DNA from: an uncultured virus (IMG/VR IMGVR_UViG_3300032050_000023)
Taxonomy: Duplodnaviria > Heunggongvirae > Uroviricota > Caudoviricetes
Strand: one strand, 5' to 3'
Virus record (IMG/VR): IMGVR_UViG_3300032050_000023
DNA length: 64,000 nucleotides
Positions 48,646 to 59,400 of this stretch are shown one piece after another. Under the pieces are notes generated by a model. That model made no database searches, was not told the DNA's origin, and saw only the letters and a program-made list of their open reading frames with translations. How positions within the stretch are numbered: the first letter of the stretch is position 1; each line of letters begins with the position of its first letter. Made by a program: the position numbers and the translations under genes.

Positions 48646-49641
48646 TTATTTGTTATTAATTATTTTTGTTACATTACAACACCCACAATTTAACACCTTC
48701 ACATTACTTAAATTAATGTTCAAATTTTGGTTATAGACAAAACAATTTGTTGTTACATCTATATTAGGTATCATATCACTAAATATAAATCCATTAATTG
48801 TATCACCACTACCAATTGTTAAGTTCTTCCATTGTTTTATTGTTGTTTGTGTATATTTTGTTCCATCACAAGGTCTTTTCAAAGTTTGTGTTTGCGTATT
48901 TTGATTAATAATATCATATTGTCCTAACTCTTGTCTATTTTTAAAAATCCTTTCATTAACATTTTGTGTTACAGAAGAAAAACTTGGTGTATAATCAAAA
49001 ATATTTGTATAAACTAAATCAAAAATAATTTGTGTGTTGTTTTTTAATGGTGGGTTCACACTTATTTCAAAGGTTTTTGACTCTTTATTGAAACTAGAGG
49101 TTATAAAATAATTTGTTACTTCATTACCACCAACAAACACTTCTTTAAATGCGGTGTTACCACTAACATCTTCCGTGCTTATTACATATTTTCCTTTACA
49201 AAGTTTTTGTACAAAATTAGTAATTTGTCTAACTCCATTGACAAAATAACTAAATGGTCTTTGACCACCTAAAGGATTAATTACTATAGAACCATCACAA
49301 CCACAAGTTGAATTTGTTACATCCACATTAACATCAACCACCGTATTTGGATTACAATCACCTGTAATAATGGTCACATCTTTTATTTGTCTTGGTGGTT
49401 GAGACCCTAATATTTGCCAACCAAATAAAGGTATTTCATCTGTTGTATATGAGAAAATAAATGTGTTTGGGTATCCAGTTAATAACCATTGATTCGTTGT
49501 ACCTGTGTACCAATAAATTGACAATCCATTGACACTATTCCAACTTTGTTTTCCATTTATCGTATTTCCTTGTTGGAGCACGATATTCAACAGGCTATTT
49601 TGTTGATTTTCATAGATTTGTATTTGAGCACATAAATTCAT
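48646..49641 (-). CDS. putative virion protein with SprB-like repeat
   Basis: TCGCDGSIVINPLGGQRPFSY...LCKGKYVISTED. Confidence 0.55.
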   Translation of the reverse strand: MNLCAQIQIYENQQNSLLNIVLQQGNTINGKQSWNSVNGLSIYWYTGTTNQWLLTGYPNTFIFSYTTDEIPLFGWQILGSQPPRQIKDVTIITGDCNPNTVVDVNVDVTNSTCGCDGSIVINPLGGQRPFSYFVNGVRQITNFVQKLCKGKYVISTEDVSGNTAFKEVFVGGNEVTNYFITSSFNKESKTFEISVNPPLKNNTQIIFDLVYTNIFDYTPSFSSVTQNVNERIFKNRQELGQYDIINQNTQTQTLKRPCDGTKYTQTTIKQWKNLTIGSGDTINGFIFSDMIPNIDVTTNCFVYNQNLNINLSNVKVLNCGCCNVTKIINNK

Positions 49642-49648
49642 AAATCAA

Positions 49649-50722
49649 TTACCCTATATGACATGGTCCTAATGTCGATTCGTTTATTCCGTATCCAACG
49701 TTAGGTTGGTTGACCCAAGTCGCAGAAATGGTACTGTTTGGATAATTACCCGTAGAGTTTAGGTAAGCGTAGAATGTCCCACTTGGGCCTGATTGTGACA
49801 CAACTTGATAAAATTCCCATCTATTTTGTGTGTTATCATAATATACATTACCTATTAATATATTTCCGTTATATATACCATAAATATATTTTCCATTCAA
49901 TGTTCCAACAACATATCCAGTGTATGAAATATTAATTGGTACTTCACCATTTTTCTTAACGTTAAAACACATTTCCACAGGAGGGTAAGCACAATCACCG
50001 AAAGATGTATACATATATAATACTCTAACCGCTTGCCAGTCAACAGTGTTGTCAACAGGGAAGTCATTTGTTGATTCTAAATAAGCCAACAATGTACCAC
50101 CACCTAAAACAGTTGTTAGTTCCCACCTATCTAATGAAGTGTTATACCAAACAAAAATACTATTTACAATACCAACAAGTTCATAATATGGTTTTCCATT
50201 ATATAAACCAGTCTGAGTTATAGCCGTATATATTGGACCTAACTCTTCATATTCAGTTACAAAACAAATTACTGGTAGTGTAGTAGGTGATGGTGTTAAA
50301 GTTGGTAATGGTGTGTTAGTTGGTGTTGGTGTTATTGAAAGTGTTGGCGTTACTGTAGGTGTTGGTGTTACTGTAGAGGTTGGTGTAGGTGTTAATGCAG
50401 GTGTATTTGTTGGTGTAGGAGTGGGGGTTGGTGTTATCCCTAACACACATTTTGTTGTAACAATAAAATCACCGTAAGTATCTCTCACGGTAACTTGATA
50501 TTCTCCCACACCTAAATTATTCAAAGCAGGAGATATACTACCATTACTCCAATTTATTGTATATGGTGGTGTCCCTCCTGTTACACCTAATGTAACTGCA
50601 CCATCAAAAGACTGTGAAGTTGTCGGTTGTTTTGTAAAACACTTTGCACCCATAGGAAATATTGTGATAACATCACATTCATTCCTTGGTATAATACTTG
50701 CTGGTGTCTTTGGTTCACTCAC
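49649..50722 (-). CDS. putative virion protein with SprB-like repeat, long PT tract and duplicated C-terminal module
   Basis: DGAVTLGVTGGTPPYTINWSNG...LGVGEYQVTVRD; about 55-aa PT tract. Confidence 0.6.
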   Translation of the reverse strand: MSEPKTPASIIPRNECDVITIFPMGAKCFTKQPTTSQSFDGAVTLGVTGGTPPYTINWSNGSISPALNNLGVGEYQVTVRDTYGDFIVTTKCVLGITPTPTPTPTNTPALTPTPTSTVTPTPTVTPTLSITPTPTNTPLPTLTPSPTTLPVICFVTEYEELGPIYTAITQTGLYNGKPYYELVGIVNSIFVWYNTSLDRWELTTVLGGGTLLAYLESTNDFPVDNTVDWQAVRVLYMYTSFGDCAYPPVEMCFNVKKNGEVPINISYTGYVVGTLNGKYIYGIYNGNILIGNVYYDNTQNRWEFYQVVSQSGPSGTFYAYLNSTGNYPNSTISATWVNQPNVGYGINESTLGPCHIG

Positions 50723-50748
50723 TATTTTAACTTTAATAATAAATACAA

Positions 50749-51726
50749 TTATTTATTTTTTTCAATAAAGGATTTCATGACCTCTATGTATTTTATCGTA
50801 GAACTATCTTTGTCTACATAATCAAAATATGACTTATCATTTTTTAATTTTTCAATTGGGTCAACATTTATGTAATCACCTTTATAAAATTTAGTAGACT
50901 TTAAATTTTCTGTAACACCCGCCATATGAAGTATTGGTTTTTTTTCATAAATTTTGATATTATCTGTCGCCCATGAAAAATCCAATTTTTCTGTCACAAT
51001 AGTCTCTTTACCATTTAACCATAAATTCCAAAGTAATGACCACATTTCGGCAGTCCAAAATTGTATTTGACCAGGATTTATCGGAAATCTTTTTTGGTAG
51101 TCTAACATTTGATAATATAATGGGGTACAATCGTTATATATTTTTTTCCATAATTCACTGTCTGTGTTTTTGATAAGATATTGTCCCCCACCTGAATTTT
51201 CTTGATTACATTTAACACATTCTATTGATACACCAACAACATCTGTCATTTCTCTAAGTAATTGTTCTACTTCAGAGTTAGGATGTTGTGTTTCATATCT
51301 ATTACAACAATCTTTTATGTAGTTATAACCAATATAACCAATTGTATCCGACAGATAAGTAAAATCATCATCTAACATACCATCAAAATTAGGTAGGTAA
51401 TTGAATATTATATCGGCATCGTGTAAAAAGAATAATTTTCCATATCTTGGATTTTCCTCTAACCATCTATAAATAAGATAGGGTTTAATACTTGGTATAT
51501 ATGTTTTTGAGTTTCTATCATCAGTATAAAAATGAACATTTATACCATAATTTTTTAATTCATTTGCCTCATCGCTAGGTTCTTTTTTTCCGTGAACCAT
51601 AGCAAATATCACATGAATATTTTGTGGGTCTATTCCTTTTTCAATAAAATTATACACATATAGTTTTACTTGCCAATGAAAATAAGGAACGTCAGGTTGA
51701 GCTGTTACAAATAAAATATCTTCCAT
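50749..51726 (-). CDS. GT-A fold glycosyltransferase, HPAT/SGT1 (protein O-glycosyltransferase)-like
   Basis: YFHWQ, YIPSIKP..WL, HDADIIF (DxD), WTAEMW, ILH. Confidence 0.6.
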   Translation of the reverse strand: MEDILFVTAQPDVPYFHWQVKLYVYNFIEKGIDPQNIHVIFAMVHGKKEPSDEANELKNYGINVHFYTDDRNSKTYIPSIKPYLIYRWLEENPRYGKLFFLHDADIIFNYLPNFDGMLDDDFTYLSDTIGYIGYNYIKDCCNRYETQHPNSEVEQLLREMTDVVGVSIECVKCNQENSGGGQYLIKNTDSELWKKIYNDCTPLYYQMLDYQKRFPINPGQIQFWTAEMWSLLWNLWLNGKETIVTEKLDFSWATDNIKIYEKKPILHMAGVTENLKSTKFYKGDYINVDPIEKLKNDKSYFDYVDKDSSTIKYIEVMKSFIEKNK

Positions 51727-51760
51727 AATTAAAAATTATGAAATAAAACAAATAAATAAA

Positions 51761-52981
51761 TCAAAGATAATATAATACTTCTGCAGTTCCCAAAAATGTT
51801 GCACTCGCGCTTAATGGTGTTATACATATCCACATTTCATCAAGTGTTCCATTAACATTAGAACCAACTCTAATTTGATTGTCGTCAATTTTAAGGGTTG
51901 TAAGGGCGGATGTTCCTGATTCACCAATTAAGGATGACATAATATGTCCTGGTGATGTTATTGTTGCCGTCACAGTTCCGTTATAAACTGAATACTGAAA
52001 TGGTGAGTTTGGTATGTCGGTCCAACTTGGGGTTACAGATAATGTAGGGTTATACTCAATAGTTAGTAAGTAATTATCATTTGAGGTGTTTAAAATACTC
52101 AAACTACTATATTGTGATGTCACAGATTTATAAGTCGGTTTAAGCCTATAACCAATATATGGATATTTTGTACCTGATGAATTTAAATCTGCCGTTGTTG
52201 AGTTTATCACACCTACAGTTGAATATAACCCGTTTAATGCTCCTTCTGAACATACTTGTGAACATATCATATCAAAATAACCTGAACCAACCCCAACCTG
52301 TCTTATTTCGTACCTGATAGGTTGATTTGGTGATGACATATAAACATCAGGTTCGTTATTAGCACAATTATGTTCTGTAAAGTAAATTAATATCCCTGCT
52401 AAATCTAATCCAAATCTCATTCTACCAACACCTAACCATTGATAATCAACCGACATTAAATTAGTGTTAGACCAATCTAAACCTATTGGGTCAAATTCAT
52501 TACTGTTCCATGTGGTTGTTGCCGCAGTGTAAACTGTTGTACCCGACCTCCATATCTGAAAACTTATTTCATTTGTAACCCCATTACTTTCCAAAAAGTA
52601 TCCATCAAAAACTGAATTGTATGGTGACCCTGTTATTGTTGTAAAAGCCCCAACCCTTTTTATGATATTTGTTTCTAACTGAAAATTTGAGAAACTCGCT
52701 TGAAATAACTGACTTTTACCTGGTTGATAAATTGGGTGTGTCTTACCTTGTCTAATCACCAAATCATTATTTGCGGATGTTGACATTCTAACTCTTGCAT
52801 ACTCTTGATTAAAAATGGATGTTGCAGTTCCTGCGGTTACCTCATTAATTTGTAACGGATTTTTATCGTATACGTGTTTAATATCCACTAAATTTTGAAC
52901 TGCTGCGGTTCTCAATCTACCAAATGCATCCAAATTTGCACTATCACTATAAGAAATCTGATTATTAAAAATAAAACTCAT
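51761..52981 (-). CDS. beta-rich putative virion/tail protein
   Basis: DAFGRLR, YQPGKSQ, YQWLGVGRMRFG, PNQPIRYEI; structural context. Confidence 0.6.
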   Translation of the reverse strand: MSFIFNNQISYSDSANLDAFGRLRTAAVQNLVDIKHVYDKNPLQINEVTAGTATSIFNQEYARVRMSTSANNDLVIRQGKTHPIYQPGKSQLFQASFSNFQLETNIIKRVGAFTTITGSPYNSVFDGYFLESNGVTNEISFQIWRSGTTVYTAATTTWNSNEFDPIGLDWSNTNLMSVDYQWLGVGRMRFGLDLAGILIYFTEHNCANNEPDVYMSSPNQPIRYEIRQVGVGSGYFDMICSQVCSEGALNGLYSTVGVINSTTADLNSSGTKYPYIGYRLKPTYKSVTSQYSSLSILNTSNDNYLLTIEYNPTLSVTPSWTDIPNSPFQYSVYNGTVTATITSPGHIMSSLIGESGTSALTTLKIDDNQIRVGSNVNGTLDEMWICITPLSASATFLGTAEVLYYL

Positions 52982-53511
52982 ATTATATACCAATTTCCGT
53001 TTCTCACCATAACAGTAAGAGACATATAGTTTATATTCATATCAACGTATGAATTACCATCAATTAAACCTGATGTTGGTGTTAATCTTATTCTGTATGT
53101 ACCACAAGTTCCAGATTCATCTTTTATTGTTATAAAATAACCATCTTTACCAACAGTAGATGGTAAAGTCAAATCTACATTCGAACTTCCACTAATACCC
53201 CAATATGATTTGTCCCAAATTAATGTTTGTGATGTTGTTATACCTGTTACGGTATAAAAATCGCTTCCACCAGTATAGAATCCTGTTACATTAAATGTTC
53301 CTCCCGTATTATTTCTAAATGTTACTGTTCCGTTAGAATATGTTCCACCAGTCACAAAAACATCAAAAAAAGCATCAAAAACTTGTTGTATCGACCCTTT
53401 ATATGACGAACCGTCAGGATTTCCTTGAGAAACATCAGTCGGATCGACCACATGAATTAAGTCAGTTGGTTTAATGTATGAAATGAAAGTTCTATCGGTA
53501 AGATAACCCAT
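52978..53511 (-). CDS. putative tail-fibre-associated protein
   Basis: VTGGTYSNGTVTF; C-terminal LTLP..G..ITIKDESG..IDG..SLTV..NWYII module typical of fibres. Confidence 0.55.
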   Translation of the reverse strand: MGYLTDRTFISYIKPTDLIHVVDPTDVSQGNPDGSSYKGSIQQVFDAFFDVFVTGGTYSNGTVTFRNNTGGTFNVTGFYTGGSDFYTVTGITTSQTLIWDKSYWGISGSSNVDLTLPSTVGKDGYFITIKDESGTCGTYRIRLTPTSGLIDGNSYVDMNINYMSLTVMVRNGNWYII

Positions 53512-53536
53512 TATATCCTTTTAATTAATAATTATC

Positions 53537-53842
53537 TTAACTTTGAAAATCGTATGATATGTCATCCATAAAAAAGAAGTTTTCCCCATTTTGAAACTGT
53601 TTGTTCTCAGGGTATACTAAACACGACAATATCTTAAAGTATTCACATTCGTTAAAATCTATTATTTTAACTCCTATTGATGGTGCATAATTAAATTGTG
53701 GTGGTAGGGTTAAAGTTAATATTGGCGGTTGATAACTTCCGATAGTTGCTAAAATGGCGCATTGATTTCCATACACATCACAAGCAAATACCTGATATGG
53801 TAATGCCAATGTTGTGCTATTTACAATTTGTATTTGTGACAT
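53537..53842 (-). CDS. small putative virion protein
   Basis: Start re-set to MSQIQIV; PYQVFAC...VKIIDFNEC module. Confidence 0.6.
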   Translation of the reverse strand: MSQIQIVNSTTLALPYQVFACDVYGNQCAILATIGSYQPPILTLTLPPQFNYAPSIGVKIIDFNECEYFKILSCLVYPENKQFQNGENFFFMDDISYDFQS

Positions 53843-53843
53843 T

Positions 53844-56024
53844 TTATATGAAAAAACTTGGGTCAATTACGTTAGGTACACCACCTATTTGTTCGTATAT
53901 TTTTACAAATGGATCTACCACTGGATATCCTGGCCACGTACCATTAACAGGAACATATGACCATAGTTCGAAGTCTTCAACATTTAATGGATTCGGTCTT
54001 GTTACTTTTACTTGTAAACCAATGTTGAGATAGTAACTCAAATTATTAGTTGGTGAATAACTACGAAATGTCCAATCACTAAAATTACAAGTTTTTGCAC
54101 TTAAACTTGGGATTATCGTTAGAGGTAATCCAGAATATGGTATTGTTTCATTTATGTATTGAGGAATGCTCATCTGAGTTCCAAATGTTGCCGCAGAATA
54201 TGCAGAGGTACCGGTTTGAGTAACTGCCCATAGAACTATTGGTTGTTCTAACATAGACCCAGTATTGCTAACAACACTAATATTATTTGTTGTAGCAGTA
54301 GACTGTATATTAATATTTGTAATCACATTGTTTACCACATTTTCACAATTAAAATCACATTGTGAAAAACTCGTACAATCTGGTATAGTTGGCATAGTAA
54401 ATGATAATGTCCAAGGTCCAGTTCCACCGCTGGTTACCGTTGAGGAGGGGTGTATGATAAAAGTTTGGTATCCTGTATTATCTCCACAATTTTCAGCACC
54501 CTGTGCTAATGGAATTTGAAGTTGAAAGTACCTCAAATAACCGAGGCTAGTACAATCAAAAGGACTTCCTGAGTATAATGAATATTTGGTTTGCCAATCA
54601 TTATAATAATCAGACATATCATTAAAATCACTGAAAGTCATATTTATCAACCCTATTCCACCAGAAACTATTTTGTCATATGTTATTGTATTAGTATTTG
54701 GTATTTTACAAGATACTGGATATTGTACCGCAGAAATACTACAAAATAATTGAGATACAGAACTCAAATTATTTAATGTAAAAATATTTTCGTTATAAAA
54801 TAAGTCTTCGTACACAGTATCAACCCATCTTGTATTAGTTAACATATATTGATAAAAGTCACTATCAGTACAAGAGCTGACTTGAAATGTCATGTTTATT
54901 CTATCACACGCAGTTGGTGTTGTTTGTGTTATTGACGATTGTATTATTTTAAATGGTGGTGTGTTATTTGTATCATAACATAATGAACAATCAAACGATT
55001 CTAAACATTCACAATAAAATTGATAATTTGTATTCAGATTAGTTTGATTTGGTGTTATTTTTATTTCTAAATAATCACCGTTATTTATTGTAAAACCTGT
55101 CAAAGTTAAAACTTTTGACAAGTAAGTTTCTGGTGTAAGAAACGGTTTTGCAGTTTTAGGGTTAAGAGAAAAGTTAAAATTTGTTTCTGTTAAGTCTAAC
55201 CCTACGGACAAATTTTCAATCACTATTGGATCTTGATAATCGCTACCAAAAAATGTTATTGTAAATGTATCAAATACCGAATACCCCAAAACTCGGAACG
55301 CAAAATATGGTTTAGTCGGATCTAATGCGAATGTACTATAAACTGGTTGTGGTATGACATTAGTCGTCGCACTATAAGAAATTTTATGCGAATATTGTGG
55401 ATAATTTGTTGGTGAACCATTTGTACAAGTAAGTGCGTCAACATCAACAAATGTTGATGAAAAACAATTCGCATCTGTGTATTCAACACCGTCTACTGTA
55501 ATAATTCTTATGATAGGAGTATAAATACCCGCAGCAACAGGAACGGCACTTGTACCCGTTAAAGGGTGTATATATGTGTAGTCACCACTATATAAACTAC
55601 CTAATCCTGAAGTGAAAGCAACGTTTGTACTTCCAATTCCAGGACCATACCAATCAATAACATAGTCGGTAATTGTTGTGTCACAACTACCCGTAACTAC
55701 ACCAACCGATATTTCAGATATTGGGTTAGTGTCATAAAAGTCAAATCCAATTTCACATATATCACAAATTTGATTTATTGTTGTAGTTGTTGTAGTTGTT
55801 GTTCCAAATGTTTGACAATATATACAATTTTCAGAATCGACTATAGAAACCGAAAATGTTGGGTCTAAAGCATATGGTGGTGGGATTGTTATAGTTACTG
55901 GAACAGATGTGATTGTGTCGACTAATACACAATTAGTATCAGGACATCCTGAACAAACAAAAACATCAACAGGATATGTTGCCGCTGATATAGAATTTAT
56001 TGTAACTTCTGTTGGTGATGCCAT
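53844..56024 (-). CDS. large Cys/Thr-rich putative virion protein
   Basis: 726 aa; N-terminal PVDVFVC module and poly-T linker; TATTTAT at 56030. Confidence 0.6.
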   Translation of the reverse strand: MASPTEVTINSISAATYPVDVFVCSGCPDTNCVLVDTITSVPVTITIPPPYALDPTFSVSIVDSENCIYCQTFGTTTTTTTTINQICDICEIGFDFYDTNPISEISVGVVTGSCDTTITDYVIDWYGPGIGSTNVAFTSGLGSLYSGDYTYIHPLTGTSAVPVAAGIYTPIIRIITVDGVEYTDANCFSSTFVDVDALTCTNGSPTNYPQYSHKISYSATTNVIPQPVYSTFALDPTKPYFAFRVLGYSVFDTFTITFFGSDYQDPIVIENLSVGLDLTETNFNFSLNPKTAKPFLTPETYLSKVLTLTGFTINNGDYLEIKITPNQTNLNTNYQFYCECLESFDCSLCYDTNNTPPFKIIQSSITQTTPTACDRINMTFQVSSCTDSDFYQYMLTNTRWVDTVYEDLFYNENIFTLNNLSSVSQLFCSISAVQYPVSCKIPNTNTITYDKIVSGGIGLINMTFSDFNDMSDYYNDWQTKYSLYSGSPFDCTSLGYLRYFQLQIPLAQGAENCGDNTGYQTFIIHPSSTVTSGGTGPWTLSFTMPTIPDCTSFSQCDFNCENVVNNVITNINIQSTATTNNISVVSNTGSMLEQPIVLWAVTQTGTSAYSAATFGTQMSIPQYINETIPYSGLPLTIIPSLSAKTCNFSDWTFRSYSPTNNLSYYLNIGLQVKVTRPNPLNVEDFELWSYVPVNGTWPGYPVVDPFVKIYEQIGGVPNVIDPSFFI

Positions 56025-56043
56025 ATTTTATAAATATTATTTT

Positions 56044-59000
56044 TTATGTAAAGTTTATTATATTACATGATGGTAATTGTGATGCCCCGTTGAATAATAG
56101 TGTGGAGGTTTGTAGGAAGTTTAATCCATAAGGGAACGTTTCGTCAATTGTCCAAACCTGACCATATGATGTGACTATGTGTATTTTTGATGACTCTGTG
56201 TACAAACCAAAAGCATCTGTAATTGTTGGGCTAAGTTGTATGTCTATTTCTTGTACACCAGTTGTATAATCATACTGACTTATATATTCATTACCATCAT
56301 CCTTTGTTGTTACTATAAGTTTATTACTTGTAGTATATATAAAGTCACCAGACACTTGTCGTGTAAAAGGTATGTTAAACTTATTTGTAATTACAGGTGA
56401 AACACCACTTATGTCCATTTCTATAATTTGTGTCACACCTGTCACACATATCAATGTTGTGTCATCAATTGCTGCCAATCCTGGTCCAAATTGTGTTGAT
56501 CCAAAACTAATAGTTCTATTGTAATTACCTGAAAATGGTGAAAGTGTTATATCATATTCAAAAATATTAACATTTCCTAAGCTACTGTCTAACAACCAAA
56601 GTTTATTTGCTGTATGTGCGTTATCTGAAAAAAACGCAGACACCCAACCTGTAATAAAAGGAACTAAATTTGTTTCACTATTTGTGGGGGTAAAATACCC
56701 ATAAACATTTGTAAAATCACAAACAATAACATCACAAGATAAAAGGTCAGGAGGTGTTGGTAATGATGGTGTAGGTGTAGGTGTTGGTGTTGGTGAAGGT
56801 GTTGGTCCACATTCTCCTGTGTCACAAGAGTAAATGATTGACAAAGTAGCAGAACCAGGACCAGAAACAACTGTAGGTACTGATGTTGAACACACATAAG
56901 CTACTTGTTCTCTTAATAGTATTGATGTTGGTCCGATTTTACAATCATCATAGTCGAATATTGTTGCCACAAAATAATTACCATCTAAGAAATAACAAAA
57001 ACAATTTGTAGGTGTCGGGCTTGGTGTTAATGTTGGGGTTGGCGTTAATGTTGGTGTAACACTTATTGTAGGTGTGGGTGTTGGTGTTAATGTTATTGTT
57101 GGGGTTGGGGTTGCAAATTCAATATCAGCCTCGAAATCCTCACAAGAATCATTTAATGTTATATCCGCAATAAAATTATTACAATCACGCTGTTTACCAC
57201 AAGTCTCACAAATTATCTCATATTCAATTAGAAGATTGATTTTAACATTAATATCTGCCAATTCATTAAAATTAACCGATATACAATTTTTATTTTTTTC
57301 ATCACAATTATTTGTTATTGTGATTTTGTTTGTTGCAACATCAATAAACACATCTCCTATTTCGGGATATTCATTAAGTGTATTTTGTAAGCTTTGGATC
57401 CAAAGGTACTCTGCAAAAGTGGCAAATGTTCCCCCAGTATAGGTATAAAATAAATTTTCTTTTATATTACCATCAATGTTTACTTGTGTTGTAAATGTGG
57501 CATTAATTATTTGACAACCTGTATTACCAACTGTCAAATCGAAGAATCCTTCATTCATCATTTGAAGTATCCCTCTTTTCCCATATTTACCCGTGTTAAC
57601 AAAATCATCACTACAAATAGTATAGGACTCGTATATTGTGGTTATTTCTGTTCCACTTAAAACAACCTCAGCCGTTTTAGTACATCCACTACTATCTATA
57701 ACGGTTACAGAATATGTACCATTTGATAAATTAACTAAATGTAATCCTGTTTGTGAACCAACATTAGAACTCCAATTAATTGTAAACGGAGGAATACCAT
57801 CTGTTATATTTAAAAATATTTCACCATCGTTTCCACTTACGGGTTGTATAGTCGAAAGGAAAAAATCAACTGGTTGTGATGGTGATATATAAATTAACTC
57901 TTGTTGTACACAAGGTGGTGTTGCAGAATCAGAAACTGAAGCCAAATAAAAACCTGGTGTAAGATTTGTGAATGTATTTGTTAATTGTGTTGTGGTTGTT
58001 ATTGGTGTTCCACCTGACAAAGTATACGTTAATGGTAATGTACCTCCTGATGAAGCCGTAATTATAACCGTTCCATTATTAAATCCACAAAATGTATTTG
58101 AGAAACTTGTTGCAATTGTGTATTTATTCTCATTTAAAACACTAAAACTTGTTGTAAAAATACAACCTGAATTATTTGGTATATCTTGTATTGATAATGT
58201 ATATAAACCACTTGTCAACCCACTGAAATCACAAATTGATAATGCGGTCGTAATTGTTGTATTTCCGAATGGGTCGGTCAATGTGTATTGAAAGTTTCCT
58301 GGTGCTAATCCATTATTTAACTCAATGTGAACTGAACCGTCGTTCAAATTACAGTTTGAATTTGTTACCTGTAAAGTTGTGACAATAAAACCGTTTGGTG
58401 TTAATAAACTAACGGAGGCTGTTGTTGTACATAATCCTGAGTCTGTTACAAATACTGAAAAAACTCCCGCAGGTAATCCTGTAAAGGTATGAGTATTTCC
58501 GAATTCAACTTGGATATCTCCGTTTGAACCTGAAAAATAATATGGTGCGGTTCCTCCTGATAATACAACAGTAACCTCCCCATCATTTGTAAAACAACTT
58601 GGTTGTTCAGTTGTTAAAATAGAAGCAACTCCAAGTATTGGGACTTCAGATAATGTAATAGTTTTAGTTAATGTACAACCATTTGCATCTATTATTGTTA
58701 CACCATAAGTTCCCGGATTTAAACCAATAACTTCAGGTCCTGTTTGAACACCCACATTTGGTGTCCAGTTATATGTGTATGGTGGTGTTCCTGTTAATCC
58801 TGTAACAAAAATTTTACCATTTCCATCTATTGATACGCAGCTAGAATCATTAACACCAAATAACCCAAAATCCAATGGGTCTGATTCCTTTATTAAACAA
58901 ACTTCACTTTTTCCTGTACAACCCCCACCATCATTTCCAATCACATAATATAAACCTGGTGATAAATTATTAAAAGTGTTATTAATGTTACTTCCAGTTC

Positions 59001-59400
59001 CAATTAAATTACCATCGATATCGTACAAATCTAAAGTTGATGTACCATATACGACAGATGTATTTGCGGTAATCGATCCATTGTTCAATCCACAAGTTGT
59101 TCCTGACGCTTCTATCGAAACACAACTTCCTGATGATATTGTAAAATTAAAATAACCTCTTGTGTGTCCTGGTTCACTACAACTGTCTAATATTTCTACA
59201 GTATATGTTCCAGCCGTCAAACTAGTTGCGGTATATGAGGTAACTGGTCCTGCGGGTGGTATTAAACCTGTTGACGTAAATTCTGAAACTGAGTAAGGAG
59301 AGACACCCCCCGCTATTGTAAAGGAAAACGCCCCTGAACCTGTGTTTTGACAATCGCCTGTTATTTGAATATTATTCAATATTATTACACCACAACTCAT
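56044..59400 (-). CDS. SprB-like repeat adhesin/fibre protein with PT tracts
   Basis: About seven repeats of C...G.I....GGT.PY.Y...F..L..G.Y.V...D..GC. Confidence 0.7.
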   Translation of the reverse strand: MSCGVIILNNIQITGDCQNTGSGAFSFTIAGGVSPYSVSEFTSTGLIPPAGPVTSYTATSLTAGTYTVEILDSCSEPGHTRGYFNFTISSGSCVSIEASGTTCGLNNGSITANTSVVYGTSTLDLYDIDGNLIGTGSNINNTFNNLSPGLYYVIGNDGGGCTGKSEVCLIKESDPLDFGLFGVNDSSCVSIDGNGKIFVTGLTGTPPYTYNWTPNVGVQTGPEVIGLNPGTYGVTIIDANGCTLTKTITLSEVPILGVASILTTEQPSCFTNDGEVTVVLSGGTAPYYFSGSNGDIQVEFGNTHTFTGLPAGVFSVFVTDSGLCTTTASVSLLTPNGFIVTTLQVTNSNCNLNDGSVHIELNNGLAPGNFQYTLTDPFGNTTITTALSICDFSGLTSGLYTLSIQDIPNNSGCIFTTSFSVLNENKYTIATSFSNTFCGFNNGTVIITASSGGTLPLTYTLSGGTPITTTTQLTNTFTNLTPGFYLASVSDSATPPCVQQELIYISPSQPVDFFLSTIQPVSGNDGEIFLNITDGIPPFTINWSSNVGSQTGLHLVNLSNGTYSVTVIDSSGCTKTAEVVLSGTEITTIYESYTICSDDFVNTGKYGKRGILQMMNEGFFDLTVGNTGCQIINATFTTQVNIDGNIKENLFYTYTGGTFATFAEYLWIQSLQNTLNEYPEIGDVFIDVATNKITITNNCDEKNKNCISVNFNELADINVKINLLIEYEIICETCGKQRDCNNFIADITLNDSCEDFEADIEFATPTPTITLTPTPTPTISVTPTLTPTPTLTPSPTPTNCFCYFLDGNYFVATIFDYDDCKIGPTSILLREQVAYVCSTSVPTVVSGPGSATLSIIYSCDTGECGPTPSPTPTPTPTPSLPTPPDLLSCDVIVCDFTNVYGYFTPTNSETNLVPFITGWVSAFFSDNAHTANKLWLLDSSLGNVNIFEYDITLSPFSGNYNRTISFGSTQFGPGLAAIDDTTLICVTGVTQIIEMDISGVSPVITNKFNIPFTRQVSGDFIYTTSNKLIVTTKDDGNEYISQYDYTTGVQEIDIQLSPTITDAFGLYTESSKIHIVTSYGQVWTIDETFPYGLNFLQTSTLLFNGASQLPSCNIINFT

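Noticed and set aside
43337..59400. Diversity-generating retroelement acting on fibre genes
   Set aside because: No reverse transcriptase and no template/variable repeat pair differing at adenines was seen in this window
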